Source: a virus (taxonomy: Duplodnaviria; Caudoviricetes). Taken from it: a DNA stretch of 54,796 nucleotides. A program made the translations under genes and the position numbers. How positions within the stretch are numbered: position 1 is the stretch's first letter; each line of letters starts with the position of its first letter. Positions 1 through 8,726 of this stretch are shown piece by piece. The stretch is from positions 1-54,796 of IMG/VR virus record IMGVR_UViG_3300044820_000106; one strand, written 5' to 3'. The notes below the pieces were generated by a model. The model had not been told where the DNA came from. It was given only the letters and a program-made list of their open reading frames with translations, and did not search any database.

Positions 1-233
1 TAGACCTGACGGCCCTTCTTGAGATATTCGCCCGCGATTTCGGCAATGCGGCCGAAGAACTCGATGCGGTGCCACTCGGTGCGTTCCTGCTGTTCGCCGG
101 TCGTCTTGTCCTTCCACGACTCGCTCGTCGCGATACGGATCGACGTGATCGCCGTGCCGCTAGGCGTGTAGCGCGTTTCCGGATCGGCTCCGAGATTGCC
201 GACGAGAATGACCTTGTTGATGCCTCTGCTCAT
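1..233 (-). CDS. ssb: Single-stranded DNA-binding protein (5' part; truncated by window edge)
   Basis: Not in ORF track. Hand translation [26 protein letters not shown]...[28 protein letters not shown] is the canonical SSB OB-fold N-terminus; ATGA overlap with upstream gene. Confidence 0.95.
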   Translation of the reverse strand, partial: MSRGINKVILVGNLGADPETRYTPSGTAITSIRIATSESWKDKTTGEQQERTEWHRIEFFGRIAEIAGEYLKKGRQV

Positions 234-850
234 GATGCTGCTCCGATGTAGTCGATGAATTGAAGCTTCGCGGCGGTGAGCTTTTTCAGGAACAGGTCCA
301 GCTCGCGCGCGAGATCCTTCGTGTAGTTGTTCGGCGTGGTGCGCACGATGAACGGCTTGTAGCCCGGGCAGTACGAGATGAAGTCCCAAAACGCGCGCCC
401 GGTGATCAGCAGGTTGCCGTGCACCTGCGCCTTGTGCTCGTCCGGCAGCTCGTCGTCGACCAGCCACTTCACGTGCTTCTTGCCCTCGGGCGCCTTCGCC
501 TCGACGCCGCCGTCGTCGCCGATCAGGCTGTCGGGCGAGCACCCAGCCAGACGATCGTCGCGCAGCACCAGACCGCATTGCTGCGTCTTCACGCGACGCG
601 TGAACTCGTAGTAGGCCCTGGCCTTGGGCTCGAGCCGATTGCCGCGCTCGGTGTGCTCGTTGCCCAGCCACTCGTTGTACGCGTTGGGATTGACGAGCTG
701 GTCGATCAGCTCGCCGATGTAGGCCGACTGTCCGGCCGATGCCTTGCCGGTCTTGGGCGTGATGATGCGATCGAATTCGGACGCGGTCGGGATCCCCCGC
801 CGCGCCGCGAACCATTCGGGGCTGCCTTGTTCGTGGTCGAGGATGATCAT
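230..850 (-). CDS. YqaJ/lambda-exonuclease family recombination nuclease
   Basis: [37 protein letters not shown] motifs; start trimmed to ATG 850 (ATGA overlap with recT). Confidence 0.92.
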   Translation of the reverse strand: MIILDHEQGSPEWFAARRGIPTASEFDRIITPKTGKASAGQSAYIGELIDQLVNPNAYNEWLGNEHTERGNRLEPKARAYYEFTRRVKTQQCGLVLRDDRLAGCSPDSLIGDDGGVEAKAPEGKKHVKWLVDDELPDEHKAQVHGNLLITGRAFWDFISYCPGYKPFIVRTTPNNYTKDLARELDLFLKKLTAAKLQFIDYIGAAS

Positions 851-1731
851 GCGGTCTCGTCCCGCTCCTTGACGGTGTCGATGAACTCCTGATACCGCGA
901 CGCAGGCAGCTGCTCGACGGCTTCGATGTCGAACAGCTTGAACAGCTCGTCCGCATTGACGTCTGGCGATTCCAGCCACTCGCGGATGGTAGCGGCCTGC
1001 TCGGCCGAGACGAGCCGCACGGACTCGCCCTCGAGGTCGTATCCGCCCTCGGCATCGTTCGCCAGCTCGATCGACTCAAGCAGCTTGTCCATGCGAGACG
1101 AGTACGGCCACGTCTTCGCGGCGCGCTTGATGACGGCCTTGCGACACATCATCTCGAACCACTCTTCCCACGGACCCTTCTTGCCTTTGTCGCCTTTGAT
1201 GAACGCCGTCGACTTGCTACGAATTTTGTGTATCTCCTCGAGATCCATGATCTCGGTGAGGATGTCGCCGCCCGACGTCTTCGCGATGCAGTACGCGCCG
1301 ACCACCTCGCCACGCTCCTTGGCGAACGGATTCTTGCGGTTGATCTCGGGCGCCTGCGCCGCGCCGCGGTAAACGAACTCGTCGGTGTCGTATACGACGT
1401 CGGCCCGGGCCCACTCGACCGCGCCGGCATCTGTCGCGATCTTGATCAGGCCCTTGTACGAGATGTCGAGCACGATCTTGTTGTCGCGCGGCACGAGGTA
1501 CGCATAGCCGTTCGCCGGGTTCAACGTGAGCCCGGTCGACGCGGCGTTGATCATCGCGTTGCGCACGCTCGCGGGATCGTTGTTCGCGACCTTGAACGCG
1601 TAGTCGTTCTTGGTCAGCGCCTGCATCGCGAAGACGCTTTCGGCTTGGTAGGCCCTGTCGTCCCACAGTTCGACGAATCGTTCTTTCGACGACGCGATCG
1701 CCTTTTCGTACGGTTTCAGTTCGCGGGTCAT
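847..1731 (-). CDS. recT: RecT-family single-strand annealing protein
   Basis: [48 protein letters not shown]; adjacent to exonuclease and ssb. Confidence 0.92.
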   Translation of the reverse strand: MTRELKPYEKAIASSKERFVELWDDRAYQAESVFAMQALTKNDYAFKVANNDPASVRNAMINAASTGLTLNPANGYAYLVPRDNKIVLDISYKGLIKIATDAGAVEWARADVVYDTDEFVYRGAAQAPEINRKNPFAKERGEVVGAYCIAKTSGGDILTEIMDLEEIHKIRSKSTAFIKGDKGKKGPWEEWFEMMCRKAVIKRAAKTWPYSSRMDKLLESIELANDAEGGYDLEGESVRLVSAEQAATIREWLESPDVNADELFKLFDIEAVEQLPASRYQEFIDTVKERDETA

Positions 1732-2012
1732 GCCGTTTGCTCCTCTTCGATATCGTTGTTGCAGGTGAAGGACGCCGGTTCTTCGGGCGGCTTCTTTTTG
1801 CGCAGCTGGTAGTCGGCGACGATCAGCGCGGTGCCATCCGAAAAGATGACGCCGTAGTCGCCCGTTACAGCGGCCCATCGGCCGCCGACGAAATCACCCA
1901 TGCGCGGGTGAATCACCTTGACCTCGCACTCCTGCCCGGTGAGCGGCGCGCACCTCGGGCAGTTGCACTTGTTCACCGCGAAGATCGCGATCTCGCCAAC
2001 TGAAAATCTCAT
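1728..2012 (-). CDS. Hypothetical protein
   Basis: 94-aa ORF coupled (ATGA) to recT. Confidence 0.65.
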   Translation of the reverse strand: MRFSVGEIAIFAVNKCNCPRCAPLTGQECEVKVIHPRMGDFVGGRWAAVTGDYGVIFSDGTALIVADYQLRKKKPPEEPASFTCNNDIEEEQTA

Positions 2013-2023
2013 GGCAGCGTCTC

Positions 2024-2566
2024 CTATCCTGCGACGAGCCTGCGCTCGATCTTGGCCAAAAGCTCCATGGCCGCGGCATCGACGTCTGGCGGCAGGTTGC
2101 CGTCGACTTCGATCAGCCGATCGATTACTAGCTTCACCATTGTCCGGCTGACGATCATGCTGCCGAACACAGGGATCAGCGCCGGCTCCGGTTGGCGCTG
2201 CGCCGCTGCCACTGTCGCCATTTCGCGAAAGGTCAGTGACGGCTGCGCCGCGGGCTCCGGTGCGCGCTGCGCTTGGTCGACGGTCGTGCTGACCTCGTGG
2301 CCGCCGGTCACGACCACGTCCGGCTTTTGCTTGCGCGCCAGCGAGTAGACCGCGTGGTGACCGTGGATCTTGTTGATGTCGACGACGCGCTTGTTTATGA
2401 GCGAGCCGAGTCGGCTGTCGATGATGCGGATGTTGTCCTTGTACTTGTGCGACAGCAGCGCGCGCAGGCTGGTGAGCGTGAGCGGATCACGATGCTGGCG
2501 CATCGTGCTGATGATGTCCTGCTCGCACTCGAGCAGCTGCTCATTGGTGTTGCGACGGTGTTTCAC
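2024..2566 (-). CDS. Hypothetical protein, possible N-terminal winged helix
   Basis: GAGGAG RBS; PLTLTSLRALL...IDSRLGSLINKRVV...VYSL resembles a wHTH pattern. Confidence 0.65.
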   Translation of the reverse strand: MKHRRNTNEQLLECEQDIISTMRQHRDPLTLTSLRALLSHKYKDNIRIIDSRLGSLINKRVVDINKIHGHHAVYSLARKQKPDVVVTGGHEVSTTVDQAQRAPEPAAQPSLTFREMATVAAAQRQPEPALIPVFGSMIVSRTMVKLVIDRLIEVDGNLPPDVDAAAMELLAKIERRLVAG

Positions 2567-2587
2567 TTCGGGTTCTCCTCGTGATTA

Positions 2588-2615
2588 GAAAAGCCGCCGG
2601 CATTCCCCGGCGGCT
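2588..2615 (-). terminator. Rho-independent terminator
   Basis: AGCCGCCGG-6nt-CCGGCGGCT stem followed by a T-run on the minus strand, just after the stop of ORF 2626..3360. Confidence 0.65.
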
Positions 2616-2625
2616 GTGGTAACGA

Positions 2626-3360
2626 TCAAGCAGCCTTGTCGCTGAGGCCTGCGAGCGACGAGATCATGCTACGGAGCGTGCGCGAATTGACCGCCCTCTC
2701 GAACGCCTGCAGGTTCACGTCGAGGTCTTCCGGCTTGCTCTGCACCATGACCTTCTTCATGTACGAGATCGCGATGCCGGCGCCGCCGAGGAAGACCGCC
2801 TCGAGCGCGCCGCCGACAAGATGGCCGGCCGAGCCATCGGGAGCCGGAATGCTCTTCATCTTCTTGAGCTTTCCGAACATGTCTTCCGCGAGCATCACAC
2901 CCAAACTGCCAGCGTTCGAGTCGGCCTCGTCATCGCCGTCTTCGTCGACGTCCCCCACCCGTACGTCTTCGTCCTTGACCGGCTTGAGGTTGAACGCCGA
3001 CAACAGGGAAGCCAGCTGCTCGCTGGTGTGGCCCGGCCACGTCTGGCTGCTGATGCGCAGGCTCTCGCCCTTGAACGACAGCACGAGCTGCAGATCGCGC
3101 CCGTCGAGGTGCTCGACCGACTGCGTCGACTCGGCCCCTTCCTTGTGCGCGGTGACGAAAATCTCACGCACGACCGTGTTGAGCGCTTCGTCTTCGATCG
3201 TGGCGTACACCAGTCGCGCCAGCGGACCCAGCTTCGGGCTCGGGCCGGTGATCTCCCATGCCTTGCGGATGAGATCTTGCAGTTTGATATCGCTGATCTC
3301 GACGTCGAACTTCATGCCGACGACGTCTTCGATTTTCGTTTTGACTTGTGGCTTGTTCAC
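2626..3360 (-). CDS. Hypothetical protein
   Basis: 244-aa ORF, AAGGAG RBS. Confidence 0.75.
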   Translation of the reverse strand: MNKPQVKTKIEDVVGMKFDVEISDIKLQDLIRKAWEITGPSPKLGPLARLVYATIEDEALNTVVREIFVTAHKEGAESTQSVEHLDGRDLQLVLSFKGESLRISSQTWPGHTSEQLASLLSAFNLKPVKDEDVRVGDVDEDGDDEADSNAGSLGVMLAEDMFGKLKKMKSIPAPDGSAGHLVGGALEAVFLGGAGIAISYMKKVMVQSKPEDLDVNLQAFERAVNSRTLRSMISSLAGLSDKAA

Positions 3361-3399
3361 GGATAACTCCTTCGTAGGTTTTGGGTTTTGGTTTTGCGG

Positions 3400-3948
3400 C
3401 TAGTTGTGGCAATCCACGACTACCGCGTACGTACCGTGTTGCTTGACCCACTCGAGCGGGGGTCTCTCGCGCCTTTGAAACTTCTCGCCATCTTCTTTCC
3501 ACGGCGTGTAGTCTTCCCCGCCGCACCACTTGAACGCGCCGTCCGGCACGATCGCAAAAAACTTGTCGAGCTGTTCTTGCGTCAGCTGCTCGAGCGGCAT
3601 GATGTCGCCATCGTGAGGCTTGAACTCGGTCGGCCACGCCGTGGCCACGCCGTTCTCACACGCGTTGCACTTACGTGCGCCTTGGGGCCAGATCCGAGTG
3701 CCGGTGCCGGCGCAGTACGTGCACTTGCTCTTGTGGGCCGGATCCTTGTGCGGGTCGTAGCCGTCGAACAGCCCGGTCCACCGCCCGCCAATTTGATACC
3801 AGTCCCACTCGCAGCCGTCGCCATACGGTGCAAGGATCGACTCGACTGCGTTGTCGAGCGCGCCACGATGCGACTGACCCTTTGCGATGGCCTGCCTGTA
3901 CGCGTCGTTCTCGTCGGGGTTCACGGTCACCAGTACTGAATAGTGCAT
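3400..3948 (-). CDS. Hypothetical phage protein with DnaJ-type CxxCxGxG zinc-finger insert
   Basis: AAGGAG RBS; WDWYQIGGRW motif, CTYCAGTG...CNACENG, C-terminal VVVDCHN. Confidence 0.75.
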   Translation of the reverse strand: MHYSVLVTVNPDENDAYRQAIAKGQSHRGALDNAVESILAPYGDGCEWDWYQIGGRWTGLFDGYDPHKDPAHKSKCTYCAGTGTRIWPQGARKCNACENGVATAWPTEFKPHDGDIMPLEQLTQEQLDKFFAIVPDGAFKWCGGEDYTPWKEDGEKFQRRERPPLEWVKQHGTYAVVVDCHN

Positions 3949-3958
3949 ATCGATCTCC

Positions 3959-4042
3959 TTAGCGGAAGAGCCACGCGTAGAACGCGAGGCAGAACACAAA
4001 CTCCACCCACAGGTAAAGCGCAAACGTCTTGAGGTGTTTCAT
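3959..4042 (-). CDS. 27-aa hydrophobic peptide
   Basis: Below ORF-track cutoff; TAGGAG RBS; MKHLKTFALYLWVEFVFCLAFYAWLFR. Confidence 0.6.
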   Translation of the reverse strand: MKHLKTFALYLWVEFVFCLAFYAWLFR

Positions 4043-4080
4043 GGTTGGCTTCTCCTACCTATGGGTGATGTTATCATCGT

Positions 4081-4671
4081 TCAAGCGTCGGCGCACGCGT
4101 TATTCATCGCGTCGACCATCTTCTCCGGCGTCAGGTCGTTGACGAAGTCGAACTCCAGCGCGAGCGCGACGCCCGCGTACTCACCCCTCGCACTGAGCGC
4201 GGCGTAGCGACCGGGCGCGTTCCGGTCTTTATTGAAGCCCTTGTAAAACTCGAGCTTGCCGGTGTCGAAGTTAAACAGGTACGCGTACTCGCAGAAGAGC
4301 GAATCGAGCAGGAACGCCTCGTCGTTTTCGACGTACGGAATGCGCCCGTCGAGGAACGCGTCGACATCGCCCTGCGCATTCCTGAGCAGGCAGTACCAGT
4401 CGCTCGTGGACTGATTGCCGACCTTGAGGTCGACCGTGCCGGCCGCCTCGCAGCGCGCGATCTGCTCGGGCGTCGGCGGAACTTCCGTGTCGATGATGCC
4501 GATGCCGGTGACCTTTGCCTTCACGGCCGCGGCCAGCTCCGGCGTCTTGAGCTTGCTCTTGAGCGCCTTCGCAACTTCCAGACCGAGATGATCCGGGTAG
4601 CTGTCGAAGTGGTTGTAGACGGCGACGGTCTTGCCGTCGGCCACGTATCCGATTGCACCGCGTGTTCCCAT
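4081..4671 (-). CDS. Hypothetical phage protein
   Basis: GAGGAG RBS before MGTRGAIG; YNHFDSYP and CEYAYLFNFD motifs. Confidence 0.75.
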   Translation of the reverse strand: MGTRGAIGYVADGKTVAVYNHFDSYPDHLGLEVAKALKSKLKTPELAAAVKAKVTGIGIIDTEVPPTPEQIARCEAAGTVDLKVGNQSTSDWYCLLRNAQGDVDAFLDGRIPYVENDEAFLLDSLFCEYAYLFNFDTGKLEFYKGFNKDRNAPGRYAALSARGEYAGVALALEFDFVNDLTPEKMVDAMNNACADA

Positions 4672-4735
4672 TTTGTTCTCCTCGTTGTGGTGTGAGCCTC
4701 TTGCTGCCGCCTCGTGAGAAGCGGCAGCGGGTGGA

Positions 4736-5599
4736 TCACGCGGCCTGCTGGAACCGCACCTCACGACCGGACTTGATGTCGGCCATGCCCTGCGCCAGAC
4801 CCCAGAGCGCCTGATTCAGCTTGACGTTCTGGTCGATGCCCGTGATGGCGCGGGTCGTGGTGCGGCGACCGACCGAGCTGAAACCGCGCTGGCCGCCGCG
4901 GACCAGATGCTCCTGCGTGCGGTTGAACACGGTCCACAGGTCGTTGAACTTGTCGGCCCCGCGCATCGGGCGCAGCACGTCGTTGACGTTGATCGGCGCC
5001 TTGTTGGGCTCGTACCGCAGAGCCAGCGCATGCTGGGCGAACAGCGCCTGCTCGCGCGCATCCAGTTCGATGGACTTCATCTCGTCCTTGTTCTCGTCGA
5101 TCAGCTTCAGCTGGTCGAGCACGCGGTAGGAGCCCTCGATCACCTTGTCGACCACGTTGCCGGTGTGGCGCACGCGGATCTCGTCGGTGCCTTCCCATGC
5201 GATCAGGCCGTTCGAGCAGACCATGCGGAAGATGCCGGCCATCATGCGGTAGCTCGCGCTGCCGTCGTGACCGTTGACCAGCACGACCTCGTTGATCTCC
5301 GGCGCGTACACGCCGAGGTCTTCCTGACGACGGAACTTGATCATGTGCTTGGCGAACTCGCGCTTGCCCGGGATGCGCGTGCGGGACTGCACGACCTCGA
5401 AGGGCAGGAAGCCTTCCTTGCGCATCGCCTCGACCACGTCGATCGTGGTGATGTGTGCGTAGCGCTCGCTGCGCGATTCGTGCTTCTCGGTCTGCAGCAC
5501 GCTCGGCGCGTACTTCTGGATCATCGCGTTCGACAGCGGCTCGGCGCCGCGGTACTGGGAGTCGACGCGGGAAGCGGTGTGGCGGGTGGTCATGTACAT
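4736..5599 (-). CDS. DUF932/DUF945 family protein
   Basis: HESRSERYAHITT, KHMIKFR, NGHDGSASY, FRMVCSNG, DLWTVFNRTQE, LNQALW. Confidence 0.9.
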   Translation of the reverse strand: MYMTTRHTASRVDSQYRGAEPLSNAMIQKYAPSVLQTEKHESRSERYAHITTIDVVEAMRKEGFLPFEVVQSRTRIPGKREFAKHMIKFRRQEDLGVYAPEINEVVLVNGHDGSASYRMMAGIFRMVCSNGLIAWEGTDEIRVRHTGNVVDKVIEGSYRVLDQLKLIDENKDEMKSIELDAREQALFAQHALALRYEPNKAPINVNDVLRPMRGADKFNDLWTVFNRTQEHLVRGGQRGFSSVGRRTTTRAITGIDQNVKLNQALWGLAQGMADIKSGREVRFQQAA

Positions 5600-5665
5600 C
5601 GGGTTATCTCCTTGGTTGGTCGGGTGGTTCTCTCACTGCCGCCTTAGCAGGCGGCAGTAGGCGAA

Positions 5666-5893
5666 TCACTTCACCATGGCCTTCAACTCGGCCTTGATGC
5701 GCTTGGCATCTTCGCCGCGCCACGAGGCCGCGTTGCTCAGGAAGTACAGGACGACCGACTCACCGCTGTCGGCGTAGTAGTTTTCCTTCGGGCTGTTCAG
5801 CGTGGCCATCGCATCCAAGTACGGCTTGGCCGCGTAGTTGACTTTCGGCCACGTGGCCCGGACTTCTGCAGCGATCTCTTTCAGGGTTCTCAT
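5666..5893 (-). CDS. Small hypothetical phage protein
   Basis: GAGGAG RBS before MRTLKEIAAE; downstream of promoter at 5922-5950. Confidence 0.75.
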   Translation of the reverse strand: MRTLKEIAAEVRATWPKVNYAAKPYLDAMATLNSPKENYYADSGESVVLYFLSNAASWRGEDAKRIKAELKAMVK

Positions 5894-5921
5894 TTCAGCT
5901 TCTCCTCTCTTGTCGTAGACG

Positions 5922-5950
5922 AGTATATCATCGATAACTTGGGATTGCAA
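5922..5950 (-). promoter_or_regulatory. sigma70-type early promoter with TATCATCGATA operator-like site
   Basis: TTGCAA-17bp-TATACT. Confidence 0.8.
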
Positions 5951-5955
5951 CTACC

Positions 5956-6213
5956 TCAGTACGCGCCTTCCCAGTTCGACTGCTCGATGCCGCGCGCGTG
6001 GACGCGGACGATGGCTTGCACGGCGTCCCAGTCTTCGTCGGTGTACGGGTGCACGCGCAGCTCACCGGTTGAGTTAGACCAGCTCACCTGCACCTCGGTG
6101 CTGGGGTAGGCCTTCTCGAGCACGCTCTGGATCGTGTCGCAGTACGCGCCGCCGTCCGTGCAGCCGACCGGGAAGTCGATGCCGTTCAGGGTGATGTCGA
6201 TCAGGTTCAGCAT
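5956..6213 (-). CDS. Small acidic hypothetical protein
   Basis: AGGAG RBS, 85 aa. Confidence 0.7.
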   Translation of the reverse strand: MLNLIDITLNGIDFPVGCTDGGAYCDTIQSVLEKAYPSTEVQVSWSNSTGELRVHPYTDEDWDAVQAIVRVHARGIEQSNWEGAY

Positions 6214-6240
6214 GTTCGTGTCTCCTGTGTCTTCGCAGCG

Positions 6241-6271
6241 AGTATATCACCGATATATAATCAAGCTGCAA
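6241..6271 (-). promoter_or_regulatory. sigma70-type early promoter with TATCACCGATA site
   Basis: TTGCAG-19bp-TATACT; same GGTAG-TTGCA context as the other two early promoters; spacer is long. Confidence 0.6.
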
Positions 6272-6524
6272 CTACCCGCTTCGGATCAGTCAGGCTCGCG
6301 ATGTCCGTGTACTCGCGCAGACCCCAGTTTGCGATCTGCTCCGGCAACTCGCTCAGTGGGTACTGGAACGCGAACCGGTTGCTGCCGCGCCAGCGCATCA
6401 GGATCTCGCGCGCGTCGTTGAAGTCCGGGTTGCGCACGATCACGAACCGGTCGCCCAGCGACATGCCGCTGCTGTCGACGTGATTCGTGCCGAAGGTGAA
6501 GAACCACCCGCTCTCGGCGATCAT
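6261..6524 (-). CDS. Hypothetical protein
   Basis: ATGA-coupled 87-aa ORF; WFFTFG and FAFQY motifs. Confidence 0.7.
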   Translation of the reverse strand: MIAESGWFFTFGTNHVDSSGMSLGDRFVIVRNPDFNDAREILMRWRGSNRFAFQYPLSELPEQIANWGLREYTDIASLTDPKRVVAA

Positions 6525-6727
6525 GGCGTCACCGCCTGCAGCGCGTCATTGACCCACGCGTAGTTCACCGGCTCGTTGCTCTCGACCACGCGCGTCTCGC
6601 GCACAGCGAACCATCGGTCGCGCAGGCCGCGAACGTTGGCCTCGGCCTCTTCGCGCGTCGCGAACGCGAGCGCGTTGCCGTACCACTTGCCGGTGTTGTC
6701 GGTTGTTACCTCGGGTTTGAAACTCAT
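6521..6727 (-). CDS. Hypothetical phage protein
   Basis: AAGGAG RBS; MSFKPEV...WYGNALAFATREEAEA...PVNYAW. Confidence 0.75.
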   Translation of the reverse strand: MSFKPEVTTDNTGKWYGNALAFATREEAEANVRGLRDRWFAVRETRVVESNEPVNYAWVNDALQAVTP

Positions 6728-7047
6728 GCGCCTTCTCCTTGCTCGAGCATCGCCAGCCACTCCGCGCCCATGCGCTCGCTGACGAACTCAGGTGAACCTT
6801 TCGTGCCCGGGCGCACTTCGCCGCGCGCCGGGATATAGTTGCCGTAGTAGTCGCGGTGACCGACCTTGCCGAGCATGCACTTCCCGGACTCGATCATATC
6901 CATCATCCCGCGGCCGACCGAACCTTGCATGCTCCAGCCGCTGCCGCCGTTGATCATCACCTGATAGTTCACCGCGGCCTGCTCGGCGCTCTCGCACTCG
7001 CCGCCTTCCAGTTCCAGAATTGCATCGATCTCTCTCATCTCGTTCAC
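6724..7047 (-). CDS. Hypothetical phage protein
   Basis: 107 aa, overlaps neighbours by 4 nt; WSMQGSVGR and RDYYGNYIP motifs. Confidence 0.72.
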   Translation of the reverse strand: MNEMREIDAILELEGGECESAEQAAVNYQVMINGGSGWSMQGSVGRGMMDMIESGKCMLGKVGHRDYYGNYIPARGEVRPGTKGSPEFVSERMGAEWLAMLEQGEGA

Positions 7048-7127
7048 TCCTTCGGATTTTTGGGATCGGGGCGGCGCAAGGCCGACCCGACAACGAACAT
7101 GTACAGCACGATGAAGAGGCAGCCCAT
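7044..7127 (-). CDS. Small hydrophobic peptide
   Basis: GGAG RBS; MGCLFIVLYMFVVGSALRRPDPKNPKE; GTGA-coupled to next gene. Confidence 0.5.
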   Translation of the reverse strand: MGCLFIVLYMFVVGSALRRPDPKNPKE

Positions 7128-7129
7128 GG

Positions 7130-7417
7130 TCACTCTCCCGACGCTCCGACCGACGCGACGACCGACTCGATGTACGGAACCGTGCCGAACGCGTGGATCA
7201 GGTAGCCCACACCGTCGGTCAGGAACGAGACCGACTCGAGGACCGGGAAGAACACCGCGCTATGCGCGATGCCGACACCGGTCGCCATGACGACCGCGCC
7301 CGCGACGAGGCGGTGGCGGTGCGTGTGATCCTTGCCCACGACGTGGTCGCAGACGACGTGCAGAACGTTGACCTTGCGCAGGACGCGCAGGACGGGGAGG
7401 ACACGGGGGTTCGTCAT
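7130..7417 (-). CDS. Putative membrane protein, first gene of the leftward operon
   Basis: AAGGAG RBS; hydrophobic stretches; no HTH or S24 peptidase motifs. Confidence 0.7.
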   Translation of the reverse strand: MTNPRVLPVLRVLRKVNVLHVVCDHVVGKDHTHRHRLVAGAVVMATGVGIAHSAVFFPVLESVSFLTDGVGYLIHAFGTVPYIESVVASVGASGE

Positions 7418-7479
7418 AGCACTCTTCTCCTTTGTTGCGGGGTTGTTGTGGTTGGGTCTTGATCTCGTGGCTCGCGGCT

Positions 7480-7508
7480 ATTATATCACCGATAACATTA
7501 ACGTGCAA
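7480..7508 (-). promoter_or_regulatory. Leftward early promoter (PL-like) with TATCACCGATA site
   Basis: TTGCAC-17bp-TATAAT. Confidence 0.85.
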
Positions 7509-7531
7509 CTACCCGCTTTCGTACCGAGGGA

Positions 7532-7560
7532 TTGCGCCTCACGAATCGCGATGATAGTGT
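7532..7560 (+). promoter_or_regulatory. Rightward promoter (PR-like) for the cro-like gene
   Basis: TTGCGC-17bp-TAGTGT, overlapped by TGATA-N6-TATCA inverted repeat. Confidence 0.65.
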
Positions 7561-7596
7561 GTTATCAATGTTCACCCAACTGGAGTTACTACAGAC

Positions 7597-7914
7597 ATGA
7601 CGTACAAGGCATACCGACCGCACGGCCGCAAAGGTTCGACGAAAGCGAAGAAGGCCACCGCGCGACCGCGGCGCGCGCCCGCGATGCCGGTCGACAAAAT
7701 GATCGTCAAGGCGATCGAGTCGGCCTACGGCAAGGAGACGATCAACGGTCGCGAACTGCTCGCGCAGGATCTGGGCGTGACCGTCGGCCTGATCTCGCAC
7801 TGGGCACGCGGCTACCGCCCGATCGCGGCGCACCACGCGATGAAGATCGAAAAGCTGTCGAAGGGCGCGGTGACCGCGGCGCAGATCGCGCCGAAGGTGT
7901 TCGGTGTCGTATGA
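7597..7914 (+). CDS. Cro/YdaS-like HTH transcriptional regulator
   Basis: LLAQDLGVTVGLISHWARG HTH and KIEKLSKGAVTAAQIAP tail; first gene of rightward operon. Confidence 0.88.
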   Translation: MTYKAYRPHGRKGSTKAKKATARPRRAPAMPVDKMIVKAIESAYGKETINGRELLAQDLGVTVGLISHWARGYRPIAAHHAMKIEKLSKGAVTAAQIAPKVFGVV

Positions 7915-8168
7915 ACGCCGCCATCGTCGTCGGTGTCACCCTTCTGCTCGTCGGCGTCTGGCTCGGCGTGATCTACGTCTGGCCAGACGTCACGCAGCGG
8001 TTCCGAGACTGGAGCCTCGAGCAGCAGATTCGCGCCTACCGTTCTGACTTGCGCCGGATGCTCGACGCTCGGGCGCCGGCCAACGAAATCACGACCGTTA
8101 TCTGGATGCTGAACCACTTGAAGAGCAAGCGCACGCCCGCCGCGCGCGAGCGCGCACGCACGTCATGA
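7911..8168 (+). CDS. Small membrane-anchored protein
   Basis: ATGA-coupled; N-terminal TM segment AAIVVGVTLLLVGVWLGVIYVW. Confidence 0.65.
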   Translation: MNAAIVVGVTLLLVGVWLGVIYVWPDVTQRFRDWSLEQQIRAYRSDLRRMLDARAPANEITTVIWMLNHLKSKRTPAARERARTS

Positions 8169-8581
8169 CGGTCGACCTCGACGAAGACATCTATCGCAAG
8201 CTGCCCGGGAGCTGGGACCGAGATCGACGTATCGACCGCGGCGCGATCTTGTCGGCCGGTGAGGTGCACATGACCAGAAAAATCGGTGGCGGCAGCCCGC
8301 GTGTGCGGCACGAGGGCCCGTCGTCGATCGTGCCAGCCCGGGAAGTCGCGCCACCACCCGAGGAGATCGTCATGCCGGCGGTTATTTACGGGAATCTACG
8401 CACCGACTGGCGAGACCGCGAACTGAGGCGCGCCCTCCTCATCGGCAGTTTCGCCATCACAGACGTCCCGCCGCCGGCCTTCAAGCCGGTCACGCGGCTC
8501 GAGCGCTGGCGCCTTCGGGTTGTATTGGGATTCGCACGGCTCCTGCTGTGGCTCGGTCGAGAGCCACGGGCACGACCATAA
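8165..8581 (+). CDS. Hypothetical protein
   Basis: ATGA-coupled ORF. Confidence 0.5.
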   Translation: MTVDLDEDIYRKLPGSWDRDRRIDRGAILSAGEVHMTRKIGGGSPRVRHEGPSSIVPAREVAPPPEEIVMPAVIYGNLRTDWRDRELRRALLIGSFAITDVPPPAFKPVTRLERWRLRVVLGFARLLLWLGREPRARP

Positions 8582-8673
8582 CGTCCTCGTCGTCCAGCTC
8601 CGGCTGGTCGACAAGGGTCAGGTGACCGGCGAATTCGAAAAGCTGCATGTTCATGCGCAAAACGTTACACTCT

Positions 8674-8710
8674 TGTCACAAGTGACGCAAGTGACGTCAC
8701 AGTGTCACAA
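8674..8710. repeat. GTGAC/GTCAC repeat cluster upstream of initiator gene
   Basis: tgtcacaagtgacgcaagtgacgtcacagtgtcacaa. Confidence 0.6.
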
Positions 8711-8726
8711 CAACCCGAGGGACACC

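Noticed and set aside
7130-7417. CI repressor expected opposite cro
   Set aside because: No HTH or autocleavage motifs; the protein is hydrophobic.
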